Assembly: GCA_048013815.1 (NCBI GenBank)
Contig: CM106586.1
Location: 8,122,001 to 8,186,000 of the forward strand
Length of the DNA: 64,000 nt
Source: Setoptus koraiensis
Taxonomy: Eukaryota; Animalia; Arthropoda
Direction: 5' to 3'
Each line of letters begins with the position of its first letter. The first letter of the stretch is position 1. Shown here in pieces: positions 1 through 11,206 of this stretch. Both the position numbers and the translations under genes were made by a program. The notes under the pieces are model-generated. The model made no database searches, was not told where the DNA came from, and worked only from the letters and a program-made list of their open reading frames with translations.

Positions 1-503
1 TTCGTGTGATCTAATAATTAACGACTTAATGACTTTGCACGACATTCGCTCCGACGGTGCGCTCGTAAACTGCTGCTAACGACGCCTGATGATCAAATCT
101 CAACTGCTCCTATCTGTGTGTGTGTGTACCTACTGTTACGAGTTTTCTATTAATTGACTAACTAACAACTAAATTATTAACTATCCAAAACTGGGCTAAA
201 TGTTTCTGATGGAAGTCACATCTATGATGTGATTTTGTTTCGTTGTTGCTATATTTGCTACACTTGCTATATTTGCATGCTGCTTCTAACTGGCTAACTG
301 CTCGATGCTGGCTCACAGGATGCGAGTTGCGTAAGGTTGTGTCGTCTTATCGTCGCTCGCTTGATACATTGACATTTAATGAGCTCGTAATTGTAACACA
401 TAATGCCAATCACGCTCACTTTACAAACACCCAACTACCTACTGATAATAACTGTTATCGCAGCCACCAACACAAACAAACCAACAAAGACACTGTCATT
501 CGC

Positions 504-590
504 TTGTCGTCGTTGTTGTCGCTGTTGTCGCTGTTGTCGCTGTTGTCGCTGTTGTTGCTGTTGTTGCTGTTGTTGCTGTTGTTGCTGGCG
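504..590. repeat. Degenerate trinucleotide microsatellite (TTG/CTG/TCG units)
   Basis: Run of ttgtcgctg/ttgctg units; it produces the poly-Leu and poly-Cys ORFs 243..638 and 403..594. Confidence 0.85.
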
Positions 591-1321
591 CTAGTGTTGC
601 CGTCGCTGGCCACTGTATCACTGACACCAAACACCTAAAAACTGCAACTACCAACTACAAGCCACCGTGCAAAATCCAATCTTCAGACCAGCCATAAGAT
701 GTGACAAACAACAGCTACAGATAACTCAAGTGAGAGTGCGCCATAATCTAATAATAAGTCCGTTAACTCTCTACTCACACCAGTTATTTGTTGATGTTAC
801 GTAAGATTACGACGCATAACACACAGAGAAGCGCCTGGCAACTTTGGGCCGGCCCACTGCTGCCATCTATTGGTGGCCCCAAATCTAACTATATTTAACC
901 AGGGCATACATCGTATTCTTGTTGTCATACATTCTTATTGTGTGTTCTCACAGACAGATGGCGCTGATTACAAACTCAACTAGAAGGCTCCCAACTCCGA
1001 ACAAACGATAGTAGCCATCAACCAGAGGTGCCCCTCACATTATGACTTGACACATGGCGACATCTGGTTGCCAGAGACCGATTACCATCTGTGTTCAATA
1101 TTATACAAGCAGAAAATTCGCGCTCACCTTAATTTTACATTGTTTACAAACCATTTCTCTTACAATTGTTAGTCTGGGGCGCCTCTGGCGGACAATTTCT
1201 GAAGTTCCATCCTTGGCTTGAACACGCCGAAGCACAAAACACATGTCAGTTGTTGTTAAAATGTTTAGGGTTCCATAACAATACAAATCAAACCTTGGCT
1301 GATAATGATCATTTGATAATC

Positions 1322-1549
1322 ATGTTCCTACTAAATAATAAATTGATTCAACTAACCAAAATAGTAGCCTCACCTGTTACCGTCACCCAAGTGAGGTTCA
1401 AGCCACACCAGCAATACATCAGTTGTATGTTTCCAACGGAGGTTAAGCGAGTCAGGAAGCAGGGATACCTAAACAAAGTGAAGACTGTCAACGGACGACG
1501 ACTGCTCATGCAGAGGATCCTTGACGGCAAAAAAATTATTGCTCACTAA
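1322..1549 (+). CDS. MRPL34: Mitochondrial ribosomal protein L34 (bL34m), copy 1, 75 aa
   Basis: C-terminus FPTEVKRVRKQGYLNKVKTVNGRRLLMQRILDGKKIIAH fits the L34 pattern (KR.RK.G......T..GR..L..R...G......H). ATG 1322 gives a basic, presequence-like N-terminus. Confidence 0.85.
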   Translation: MFLLNNKLIQLTKIVASPVTVTQVRFKPHQQYISCMFPTEVKRVRKQGYLNKVKTVNGRRLLMQRILDGKKIIAH

Positions 1550-1622
1550 ATCACAGTATTCTATTATATTTAGTCTGGCGCCACTAGTTTTAGTCATCTA
1601 CTGACATTAGGAAATAGCAACG

Positions 1623-2551
1623 ATGGACAAAGTCAAGAAGGTATTCATTGTTCTGTCTGGCAAGGGAGGCGTTGGAAAGAGCACAGTTGCCTGTCAATTG
1701 GCTATCGCATTGTCAGCACAAAACAAAAAGGTCGGATTGTTGGATGTAGATATTTGCGGACCAAGCTTGGCAAAGATGCTCTCAGTGGAGGACGGACAGG
1801 TTATTCAAACTCAAGATGGGCAAGTATTATACATTTGATCTAGCATAACAAGTCCAAGCACCCACAATACTTCACTTCTTCCAAGACATTCCAAGAATCA
1901 CTGTTGATTTATCTAAACAGTTGATTTTACTTTCACATTTACTTTTTTCTCTTGTCGACGTACACAAAAAGTTGGCAGCCAGTGAAGGTTCGAGACGATC
2001 GAGAACTCTATGTCATGTCCATTGCTTTCCTAAGTGCCAATAAGAATAGCGCTGTTATTTGGAGAGGCCCCAAAAAACATGCCATGATAAGACAGTTTCT
2101 CAATGATGTCAACTGGGGCGCGTTAGATTACCTCATCATAGATACACCTCCTGGTACTTCGGATGAACATATAAGCCTAGTTGAATGCATCAGACAATTC
2201 AAGGAACCTGACGGAGCAATCCTAGTCACAACGCCCCAATTAGTGGCTTGTAATGATGTTAGAAGAGAGATCACATTCTGTACTAAAGGCAAGATACCCA
2301 TCATAGGATTGATAGAGAACATGAGTGGCTACACATGTCCCAATTGCTCTGAGTGTACTAATATATTCTCCAGTGGCGGAGGCAAGGCTCTTTGTGATCT
2401 GTCAAACATCAAATTTTTGGGATCAATACCCATAGATACAAATTTGTGCCTTTGTTCCGAACAAGGTAAAAGCTACTTGGATGAGTTCGAACGGTCTGCA
2501 GTTTCTACAAAATTTGCTGACATTGTCAAAATGATTGGAAGTTCAGAGTAA
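1623..2551 (+). CDS. NUBP2: Cytosolic Fe-S cluster assembly factor NUBP2/CFD1, copy 1; exons 1623-1819 and 1972-2551 (258 aa), probable GC-AG intron
   Basis: Mrp/NBP35 motifs [56 protein letters not shown]. Lacks the N-terminal Cys-rich extension of NUBP1. Joining GG|gcaagt...aaag|T restores DGWQPV. Confidence 0.95.
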
Positions 2552-5522
2552 CCATTGTAACCTAACCCCAACCGACTTTCTTTAGATATTCTATGAGGGT
2601 GGGAGTGCTAATAGGGACAAGCATTAATTTGTGACCGTGACATTGAAGCTTATGCTTGCCGAATCATCATCATCAACAGCGACAACATTAGGCAACTGAC
2701 GGGACATAACCTATCATAATGTCCCGCCACTTAATCTACCTTGTCTGCCGTGCACTATGTCGTTTGGGAGATTATCTCTGCTGATTAAATCTGTTTGATT
2801 GTGTGACTATAATTAGACAAATTGTCTATTCCGCAGTCGAATAGTTGTTGTACTTTATTGTTGGTCACCTGTTGCCTTGTTCATTCCATCACAGATTCCT
2901 ATGGCTCATGACAGAAATGTCAATGGGACTCGTTGTCTGGCGTTCATATTTAGATGTTTGCGTGGCACAAAAACTGATACGTGTTGGCCCATCGCCTATC
3001 AATTGTGATTAGAGATATTGGCTGTACTATAGGCGTCGCGGCCAGCATATTCAAATGAGTCCAATGAACACAGTATGTGACACACAGAATCGGCCAACCA
3101 GTAGAGGTGCTGGATCTAGTTTATTGGTTGATCAATAGAAAGTGACAAGAAGAAAAAATAAATAAATAACGGCTCGCCCACTTCAGCCAGCCGGTATCAT
3201 GGACAATTCACGGATTATGCTCGCTAGTGACACTATAAATGAGTGGCAGGCATAATGCTACAAATTCAACACCAATGGCGCAAGCCATGAATGTACCTGT
3301 TTGGCGCAAACAGTTTGCGAATTGCCGAAAGCCAGCCATTGGAGCCAGCATTGGAGAAAGAATGTTTGTTGTTTGCTGGCTGATGTCGGTTGTTTCAATG
3401 AATCGCTCAAAGATATTCTCTTTCCAGAAAATATATATGGACTTTGTGTTTTGCGGGCCAACCGCAAAGTCACACGAAATGTGGTTCGATCAAAAGATAG
3501 ACTGGTGCGTTTTTTGAGCCGGCTCTTTGCGCGCAGTGTTCGGCGGCCAGTTCCACAGAGCGGATTCTTTTCTGTCCGCAATTCTGTCGCGAACACACTC
3601 TAGAGCCGGCTAAAGAGAGGGGGAGCGAGAGAGAAAGAGAGAGAGAGAGAGAGAGCGAGGCTGGGGCGTAAGGCAAAAAGTAAACAGCGCACAGGGCAGT
3701 TAATTTGCATTTTGATTGAGTTGAGATTAGAGGCTTCTCTTTCGGAGCGCCGCAACTGTCAGCGTTCAGTACTCTTGACAAACGACGTCGACGACAAACG
3801 TCGAAGGCAAGTCGAAGCGATCGAAAATGATTGGTGATTTGTTTGTGTCGCCACTCTCTCACAATTGCAACCGCTTGTTGTTGTTCTTGTTTGCGGCAGT
3901 GTTAGCGGCAACGACACACACACACACAGGTAAAGAACACAGGGCACAGTAGTGACGCTTGTGGGCCAAAAGAAAGAAACCAAATTATTCTTCTTATTCG
4001 CAGCAGCAGCAGCAGCAACAATATTTCTTCTCTTTGTGATACTGGCCAATGGTCAGTATTGGCCGGCGCGCCATGCAACTGACTCACAAGTTGCCTTGTG
4101 GGCCGCATTCTATTGGGGCCAACAAAAGAACGCGCGTCAACACCATCGCTGTTGGCTGTTGCTGCTAAATGGCTGCCGTTTGCAATCACAATTTGGCTGG
4201 CAAATTTGTCCTGACAAATAAGCCTTTTGATGTTATCAGGTGAAGCATCTGATGATTTGATGATCTGATGCTCCGACGGCACACACACACACACACACAC
4301 ACACATGACATCTGGAATGGCTTTGCTTTCTCAGACTGTTCGAATGTCACTCATGTCCAATGAACGAATTCAAATTTCTAGATGAAAATAACTGATTTGA
4401 TTTTTAATCTATAAGCAAAACAAACTTTGCCAGTCTGCTGCTGATAACTACAAATTACTTTAGGGCCAGATACAATCTTTCTCTCTCTCTCTCTCTCTCG
4501 CTCTCTATAACTACCACACGCTGTATCATCGCAGTGTATCATCGCGGGGCACCATCACTCTGCGCCATCACGCTGCATCACGAGATCAACAAATGAAAAT
4601 TATTATATTCTTTATGATTGCGAACATTATCTATATTGATGTCATGATATCATTTTGCTCTTTTCGACGCTCGTCATATTAGATTGGTCACATTGGCGCG
4701 CCGTCCACATCGACGGGCTCGTGCAATGCTCATCGAGCAGCTAGCTCTTGATACGCTCGCCGAAATGTATCATACATTATGTATGTTAGTTGCGAGATAA
4801 ATGATAAACTCAGCCAAACCGACACAATTTGGGCTCATTTGCATTGCGCGGCCTCTGTGGCTTCCGTTGTGCCTCCCATGGGTTTGGCTGAGGCCCGCCG
4901 AGTCAAGCAAGCGGCTTATTTGGTCGACTAACGGTTTGCTTGTTATTGGGACAGTGTGAGTTTTGTTTGGCTCTTACATTGGCTGAACACACATTGATGT
5001 CGCAGAGCCCGTTTGGCTTTTGATTGGTTGTCAGCTAAGAAGAAGGAATGGTCAACAGTCATTTGACATGCAATTAGCGATGCGTAAACTAGTGAATTTG
5101 CAGTGCAGAGAGTTCACTGCCACAATTTAGGCGTCATTTCTATATTTCTATATGCATCCCGCACTAATTGCGACCAACATATACCTGCATATGCCTACAT
5201 GAATATCTCTCAGATATCATATTAATAGATACGAAAGGAGATAACGTTGTTGCTTTCGAAACAGCCGCTCCATGTGTGTACATATATGACTGTACGAGAA
5301 TCAAGTTGTTTCGTTGGAGCCGAGTTGCACAAGACACCAAAATGGCAGCCTGGCAAAATGTATTCGGACAACACAGTCTAAATGACAATAATGACAAGCT
5401 AGCGGCTACAATGGGGCGAAACTGCCATAAATACAATGAATCGTTGCGAGTCGTTTTAGAGTTGAAGGTTCTCAATAAGCCGGCTTTGCATTAGCGCCGA
5501 CTGTATTGATTATTGATCATAT

Positions 5523-6582
5523 TTATTGATGATTGCCGTGATTGTTGTGAGGGGGATATAATGAGTAGAAATTGTAAGGAAAAAGTAACGCAAGGGCGGC
5601 CGCTGACAACGTCGACTGGGGTGTTGTCGCAAACAAGTGTCGCAATGGTGCCATCAGATGATCGTGATTACGTAAATGATGATGATGTTGCGCGTATAAT
5701 TGTTGTTGTCTGATAAGATGTTGCTGTTGTAAAAGTTGCTGTTGCGCATATAGGTGTTGTTGTGTTAGTTGTTGTTGTTGTTGCGGTGATAATTGTTGTT
5801 GCGGTGATAGTTGTTGTTGTTGTTGCGAATGAGATTGTTGATGTTGTGCTGTTTGGGTTGTTTGCGATACCGCTTGCGCTTGTTGATTGTGCGATTGTTG
5901 ATGATTTAGGTGATGATGATGGTGGTGATGTTGTTGCTGGTGTTGTTGTTGTTGTTGCTGATGCTGATGCTGTTGTTGCTGTTGTTGTTGTTGGGCGTAT
6001 AATTGTTGTTGTAGCGTCAGCGAGGGAAATTGTCTCATTCTGGTGGAATTTCTGGGCCCTCTCTCTTGTTGCACAGCATCCTTGTTCATGCCCGCCTCTA
6101 GACATTTTCTCAATCTACAGCAACGGCATTGATTTCTGTGTGTCTTGTCAATGGGACACACGGAGCCAGCCAGATTTGTCTTGCACCTATAGTTGCGATT
6201 TTTCCTGATTGATCGCTGCAGCGTGACGGAGATTTATGGAATTGATGAAGACGGAGAATGATTGGAATTGAGCGAATTTTCGGGTGAATATTTGGGTGAA
6301 TTTTTGTTGGTTAATTGGTTAGTTGGTAATTTGGGTGCAGTGTGCAATTGGCGAACGAGACACCGTCTGGAACGTTGCTCGTCGAAATGAGTTGTCGTCG
6401 AAACGAGTTGTCGACAAAATGACATGTCGCCGAAATGGCTCGGCCAGCTGACTCACCTTGAAGAATCCGGCGCATCCGTCGCAGGCGTAAATGCCGTAAT
6501 GCTTGCCAGAGGAATTGTCGCCGCAAACCTTGCACGGCGTGTCGAGCAATATTCTGCTTCCGATCATCGACGATGACGACAT
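5523..6582 (-). CDS. tll: Nuclear receptor tailless (NR2E2/TLX): DNA-binding domain + polyQ/H tail, no LBD; exons 6582-6457 and 6215-5523 (272 aa)
   Basis: [33 protein letters not shown]|[11 protein letters not shown]...[40 protein letters not shown]-box DGCAG and T-box are tll-type. Canonical AAG|gtgagt...ctgcag intron (6456-6216). Confidence 0.95.
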
Positions 6583-6828
6583 TGTGTGTTTCAAATATTT
6601 ATACAATATTAATTGCGGCCGAGCGCGTGCAATCAAACATAAATCATTGGATTTTATAAATTATTAAATAATGATAATAATGATAAATAATAATAACGTG
6701 CCAATTGAACTAACTAAATTGAAACTATAAATGCGCACACAAGATCAAGTGAGACACCCACCAAAACGCGCTTGTTTGTGCGCTGGCGCGCATGCGCCAA
6801 TCATCATAACAATGCGCGTATATAGGGT

Positions 6829-6864
6829 ATGCGCTTATATGCGCTTATATGCGCTTATATGCGC
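6829..6864. repeat. Tandem 10-mer (atgcgcttat) x3 plus a partial copy
   Basis: Directly visible, upstream of tll. Confidence 0.9.
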
Positions 6865-7109
6865 GTACTGTCCGGCCGGCACGATAAATTGTGCGGCACA
6901 GAGTGGGTCATCGCGGCGCGTCAAACCCAACGTGCGCGAACAGTGCCAACTGAATTGGGTGCAAATAGAAGCCAAACACTCAAGCACTGATTGACCCCAG
7001 CTTGGCACAATAGCCGCGTACACGGAGTTAAGTCTGTGCACAGGCTTTCGGGCGGGCGCGCATTCGCAAGCTGTCAGCGTATAGCCGGCAGTTGCACGTT
7101 GTGTAACTA

Positions 7110-7185
7110 CATTGTGTACATTGTGTACACTGTGTAGATTGTGTGCACTGTGTAGATTGTGTGCACTGTGTAGATTGTGTAGATT
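7110..7185. repeat. Tandem 9/18-mer minisatellite (ttgtgtgcactgtgtaga-type)
   Basis: Directly visible; it produces the CRLCAL repeat ORF at 7112. Confidence 0.85.
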
Positions 7186-7193
7186 GGATGCGC

Positions 7194-8057
7194 GCGGATA
7201 TCCGCTGCGGACATCCGATCCTCTCTGGGCCTTTTATTTTGCACCGTGCGCGGATAATCCGCGCCTGTTATTAGCCGTCGTATGCGCCATCTTCTAATTC
7301 TGCGCTTCTAATCCGACCCGATCGCTGAAAACCCGGCCCAGTGAAACCGCCGGGTATTCGCCGATTTTTATTCCGTGCGGATAAACGGATCCCTGTTGCA
7401 CACGAGTGTCGTGTCACAACAGCACAGCAATTAGTTGCACGCCATGAATAGGGGGCGCTGTTGCATTGCAAGACAGGCGCATCGGTTGGTTCGGCGGGGC
7501 GACTTCTGCCGGATAGAGGCACAACTTTGAAAAGGCTGCCTGCTCGCGAGCTATCAATCAATAAATACTGGCATAGGCATAGGCATTGGCACGGCTGGCA
7601 GAATTAAGGCGAATTAAGCTGACCACTGGCCGCGACAACAGGTACTTCGGACAGGTAATTGCGAGTGGGCAGCGAGGCAACGAGAGACGACAGGATTATC
7701 GCCGTGGAAGTGAGTTTATCTCTCATCTCTATTGTTGTCGTCATTTACAACGACACATTATCAAACGCCATTATCTATATTGTTGTCGTCGTTGTCGTTG
7801 TTGTCGTTGTTGTCGTTGTGGCTTAAATGGCCGTTTGAGCTGCTATTTAGCTGCTAGTTGGCCGGTGGTGCATTGTCAATGGTGGTCGCATGTTTGAGTT
7901 GCGATAACCACTGATAAGCGACGATTGAGACGACGACCACGACAACAACGAACAGGCTGACACGCCGTTGTTGTCGTCGTCGTCGTCCAGATCGAGTCAC
8001 CTGTTGTCAGTTAGATTAGAGCGACACAGACGGACAGTTAGATTAGGGTTAGATTAG
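7194..8057. promoter_or_regulatory. Putative tll upstream enhancer with clustered K50-homeodomain-type sites
   Basis: TAATCC at 7255 and 7309, GGATTA at 7693, GTTAGATTAG x3 (8010, 8037, 8048), palindromes at 7194-7205 and 7248-7264. Function is inferred. Confidence 0.35.
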
Positions 8058-8842
8058 CGCTGGATTGGCGGGGCGAGGAGAGGAAAATGAAAAGTCGTGG
8101 AAGTCGCGCGTCCAGCGTACATATATATATAAAATATTGGCCAATAGATGGATGGATGGATGGATATTGGCGCTGTTCGGTGGTGGCCAGGGGTGATTAA
8201 CGAACGAATTGTAATTTGTAGTTGCTTATTACAGTGCAGTTGTCAGTCTAGTAATTCCTCCGCTAATTCTGGCTCTGCTGCTGCTGCTGTCAGTTTGCTG
8301 ATGATGGTGTTTGCATTATTATTTTATGCGTATACCTGGCCCTGAGTCGTATACCTATTGTCCGGCCTGCCAGCAACTGCATTACAGTGGCGTCGACACT
8401 GTCGCTGTCGCTGGCTGCAACCGGCCCGTCCCACGTCAACCACGACGGGCGATCGGCGGCGGGCCACGGGCCACGGGCGATCGGCGATGGGCGATGGGCC
8501 ATCGACGAGGGCCAACAACAACAACGGCGACGACGGCCCGCATTAACAGCAACTCTTGCAGTTGACAACGGCCAGTTTGCATGACAAATTGATGGTCCAA
8601 ACGATGTCGTGTGTGCGTGTGTTGGGGACAACTGATGTGCTCATCATCAAGTATTTAGTGGTTGATATTTTGACATTTGATACATCATTTTCATATACTG
8701 AGCGGGAGCCAGAGAAACGGGGACTACCGTTCGAGTTTCATTGTGTTCTGCTGGCGAGTGTGTGTGAGTGACAAGCGATAGTATGAAGTGTGAGACCTTT
8801 GCCATACTTATTTCCATTCCATGATTGAGATCACCGGCTAGC

Positions 8843-8903
8843 GTCGACGGCTACCATCGACGGCTACCATCGACGGCTAGTATCGACAGCTAGTATCGAC
8901 AGC
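8843..8903. repeat. Degenerate tandem 12-mer (atcgacggctac/atcgacagctag) x5
   Basis: Directly visible. Confidence 0.85.
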
Positions 8904-9401
8904 GGCAGCATTATTATCGACAACGACAGCAGCGACAACGACAGCGACAACGACAGCGACAACGACAGCGCCAACTGGCACTCTCTTTGTGACAGAGGCA
9001 GACACAGGCGCATTGTGTCGTCGATAACGACGACCACGACACGTCGGCCAATGGGGCCCGCAAAGAGAGAGAGGCAGAACAGGGGGCACGACCAGACGAG
9101 AATTAGAGAAGCCAAATGAATTGGAAAATGACGACGAATTTGGTCTCATTTTAATCTGCGCGCGGCTCTCACTACTTAAACTGACTCACCGATCATCAAC
9201 GCCATCATCTGATCAACCAATCATGATGATATGCACCGACGGCTATTTGGATATTTCTCTCCGTGTTGTTCGCTTTGTTCACAGCAACGACACTCCAGCA
9301 ACTGCCAAAAATTGAGCCAAGTTGTCCAACTGCCACCATCCAGTTGCTCTATATAACAATATCACAGTATATGTATAATGGCTATGAGCGATCGTATAAT
9401 C

Positions 9402-9457
9402 GCGACTATACGACTACGCGACTATACGACTATGCGACTAGGCGACTATGCGACTAT
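9402..9457. repeat. Degenerate tandem 6-8-mer (gcgactat)
   Basis: Directly visible. Confidence 0.8.
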
Positions 9458-9859
9458 TGTGGCCCACTAACAATGTGAATGCGATGCGCATACCATACCC
9501 ATTAGCATGCTGTTGGGCACGGGCCCGGCGCCGCCAGCAGCTATAGGCCCCATGCCCGAGAACAAAGTTGGCCGCTACTTGTGACTTGTGTGCGCTCAAG
9601 ATGAACATGAAGCACACCAGTGACACCCAAAGAAAAGAATCATTTTATCTGGAGCCTCAACTCCGCTGCCGACCGCCGCAGCCTATACCGGTCGCCATTG
9701 TGTGCCAGTGTATGTACCGGTGTGCACCAGTTGACAATTGTCACCAGTGGCCACGGGCGACAAGCAACAACAAAAAGGGAGATTAGCTTTGTTTTGGTTT
9801 GCACACACACACACACACACACACACTCGCCAGCGATCAGTAATAGTCTGTCGCTCTTT

Positions 9860-9908
9860 CCCTGGCGCGTCTCTCCCTGGCGCGTCCGTCTCTGGCGCGT
9901 CCGTCTCT
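9860..9908. repeat. Tandem 15-mer (ctctggcgcgtccgt-type) x3
   Basis: Directly visible. Confidence 0.85.
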
Positions 9909-10756
9909 CTCGTGGTCGTGCACGTCGGATATGAGCATACATTATGAGATGTGCCAGCCATGAGAGGTCCACGAGCCAGTTGCCACAAACACGGCCCCAA
10001 ACACAGCAAAAGCACATTTGGCTTTGGCTGTCGGGTGTTGCAAATGCAAAGTAAATGGTATATAGTTGCAATAATACCGTTGAATTAACCATGTTCACTC
10101 CTCACTCTTACGGCCTAATTATTGAATGCCAGTGACAAAGTATTAGAGATCATCACACGCAAATCATTGACCGGTGACGACTTTAACTGCCGCCACCGAC
10201 AACAGCTCCATGCCATAGCCGCAGCCCTCACTCTGGCCCCACATAACCGCCCCTAACAGTATCCTTACATAAGAGTCACTAGTGGTAAATCTCTATAGAG
10301 AGACTACATCTTTTTGGCTCGCTACATTCGCCACATATTCGCATCTATCGCAGCTAATCGTAGGCCAAACATCGTTTACAAACATTCTCGCCATGTTGCG
10401 TGATACTCCCTCAACTTGTGATGATGATCATCATCATCATCATCATACATGCCCGTTATGATGAATGAGATGTGCGATATAAACACCACTCTGGCCACGA
10501 TAGCACGCGCGCTTCTGTATTGTACCTCACGTATAATTTAATAGCAACTAGTGATAACAACTATCCGCCACAGTCGCTATGCCGTCAAACATATACTAGG
10601 TCACATAAATATCTTTCTGCATCACAGATCAATCTAATTGCTCTCGCCCTCTCTCTCGCTATAGCTAACCTATCTAACCTCAATGAACCCCCATGCAATA
10701 TAATCTATGAACGTTTCTCTCTATGAGAGTTAGGTTAACATTCACATTAACAATCA

Positions 10757-10799
10757 GCTCAATTGTTGGCCAACAACTGATGGTGGCCAACAATTGAGC
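10757..10799. repeat. Perfect 16-bp inverted repeat with 11-nt loop
   Basis: gctcaattgttggcca (10757-10772) / tggccaacaattgagc (10784-10799). Confidence 0.95.
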
Positions 10800-11206
10800 A
10801 CGCACTTATACAATCATTATCATCTTTATGATGCATATTGACCATCATTATTATGTTGATTGTTGTTGGTGCACTCATGAATCCAATAAATCTAAAGAAT
10901 TAAATTCGATCAATTGATCCAATGGCCAGGCGAGCTGATCCCAGCCATACAGCTAATGGGGTTAGAATCGCATACAGCATCAGCCATTCAATAGAAAACT
11001 CGCCAAGAGCGTGGCTATCATTTTGTTTGGTCGAAAACAGTGCACATTTGTTTGAATTAGAAATCATTTATTAACAAAAAGAAAAAAAGAAAAGAAAAAG
11101 TATCAATCAACATCGGCAATTATCTATTGCGTTCCCATCATCAACATGGCAATGCAGTAGAGAGGCTCTATTTGTTGTAGTCTCAGGTTGGACTCACTTA
11201 ATATCA

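Larger units (their letters stand above)
1180..2551 (+). repeat. Direct segmental duplication, copy 1 (partner 25671..27043) carrying MRPL34 + NUBP2
   Basis: Base-by-base match at offset about 24492. Identical over about 1274-1854 and about 1988-2517; differences cluster in the intron and at both edges. Confidence 0.97.

Noticed and set aside
243-638. Poly-Leu and poly-Cys ORFs
   Set aside because: Products of a trinucleotide microsatellite; no domain content.
2548-2630. Acceptor-like ctaac...ctttctttag after NUBP2 copy 1 suggesting an alternative last exon
   Set aside because: The nearest donors give a 38-45 nt intron or a truncated product; no supporting evidence.
3280-5350. Polycomb-response-element-like mix of GA repeats and GCCAT sites downstream of tll
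   Set aside because: GCCAT 5-mers occur at about chance frequency and GA repeats are common throughout the window.
5420-5443. Minus-strand RFIVFMAV resembling the NR2E LBD ARLLFMAV
   Set aside because: Eight residues flanked by stops with no further LBD similarity; most likely chance.
5513-6208. Val/Thr-rich ORFs overlapping tll on both strands
   Set aside because: Alternative-frame and antisense readings of the CAA/CAG repeats.
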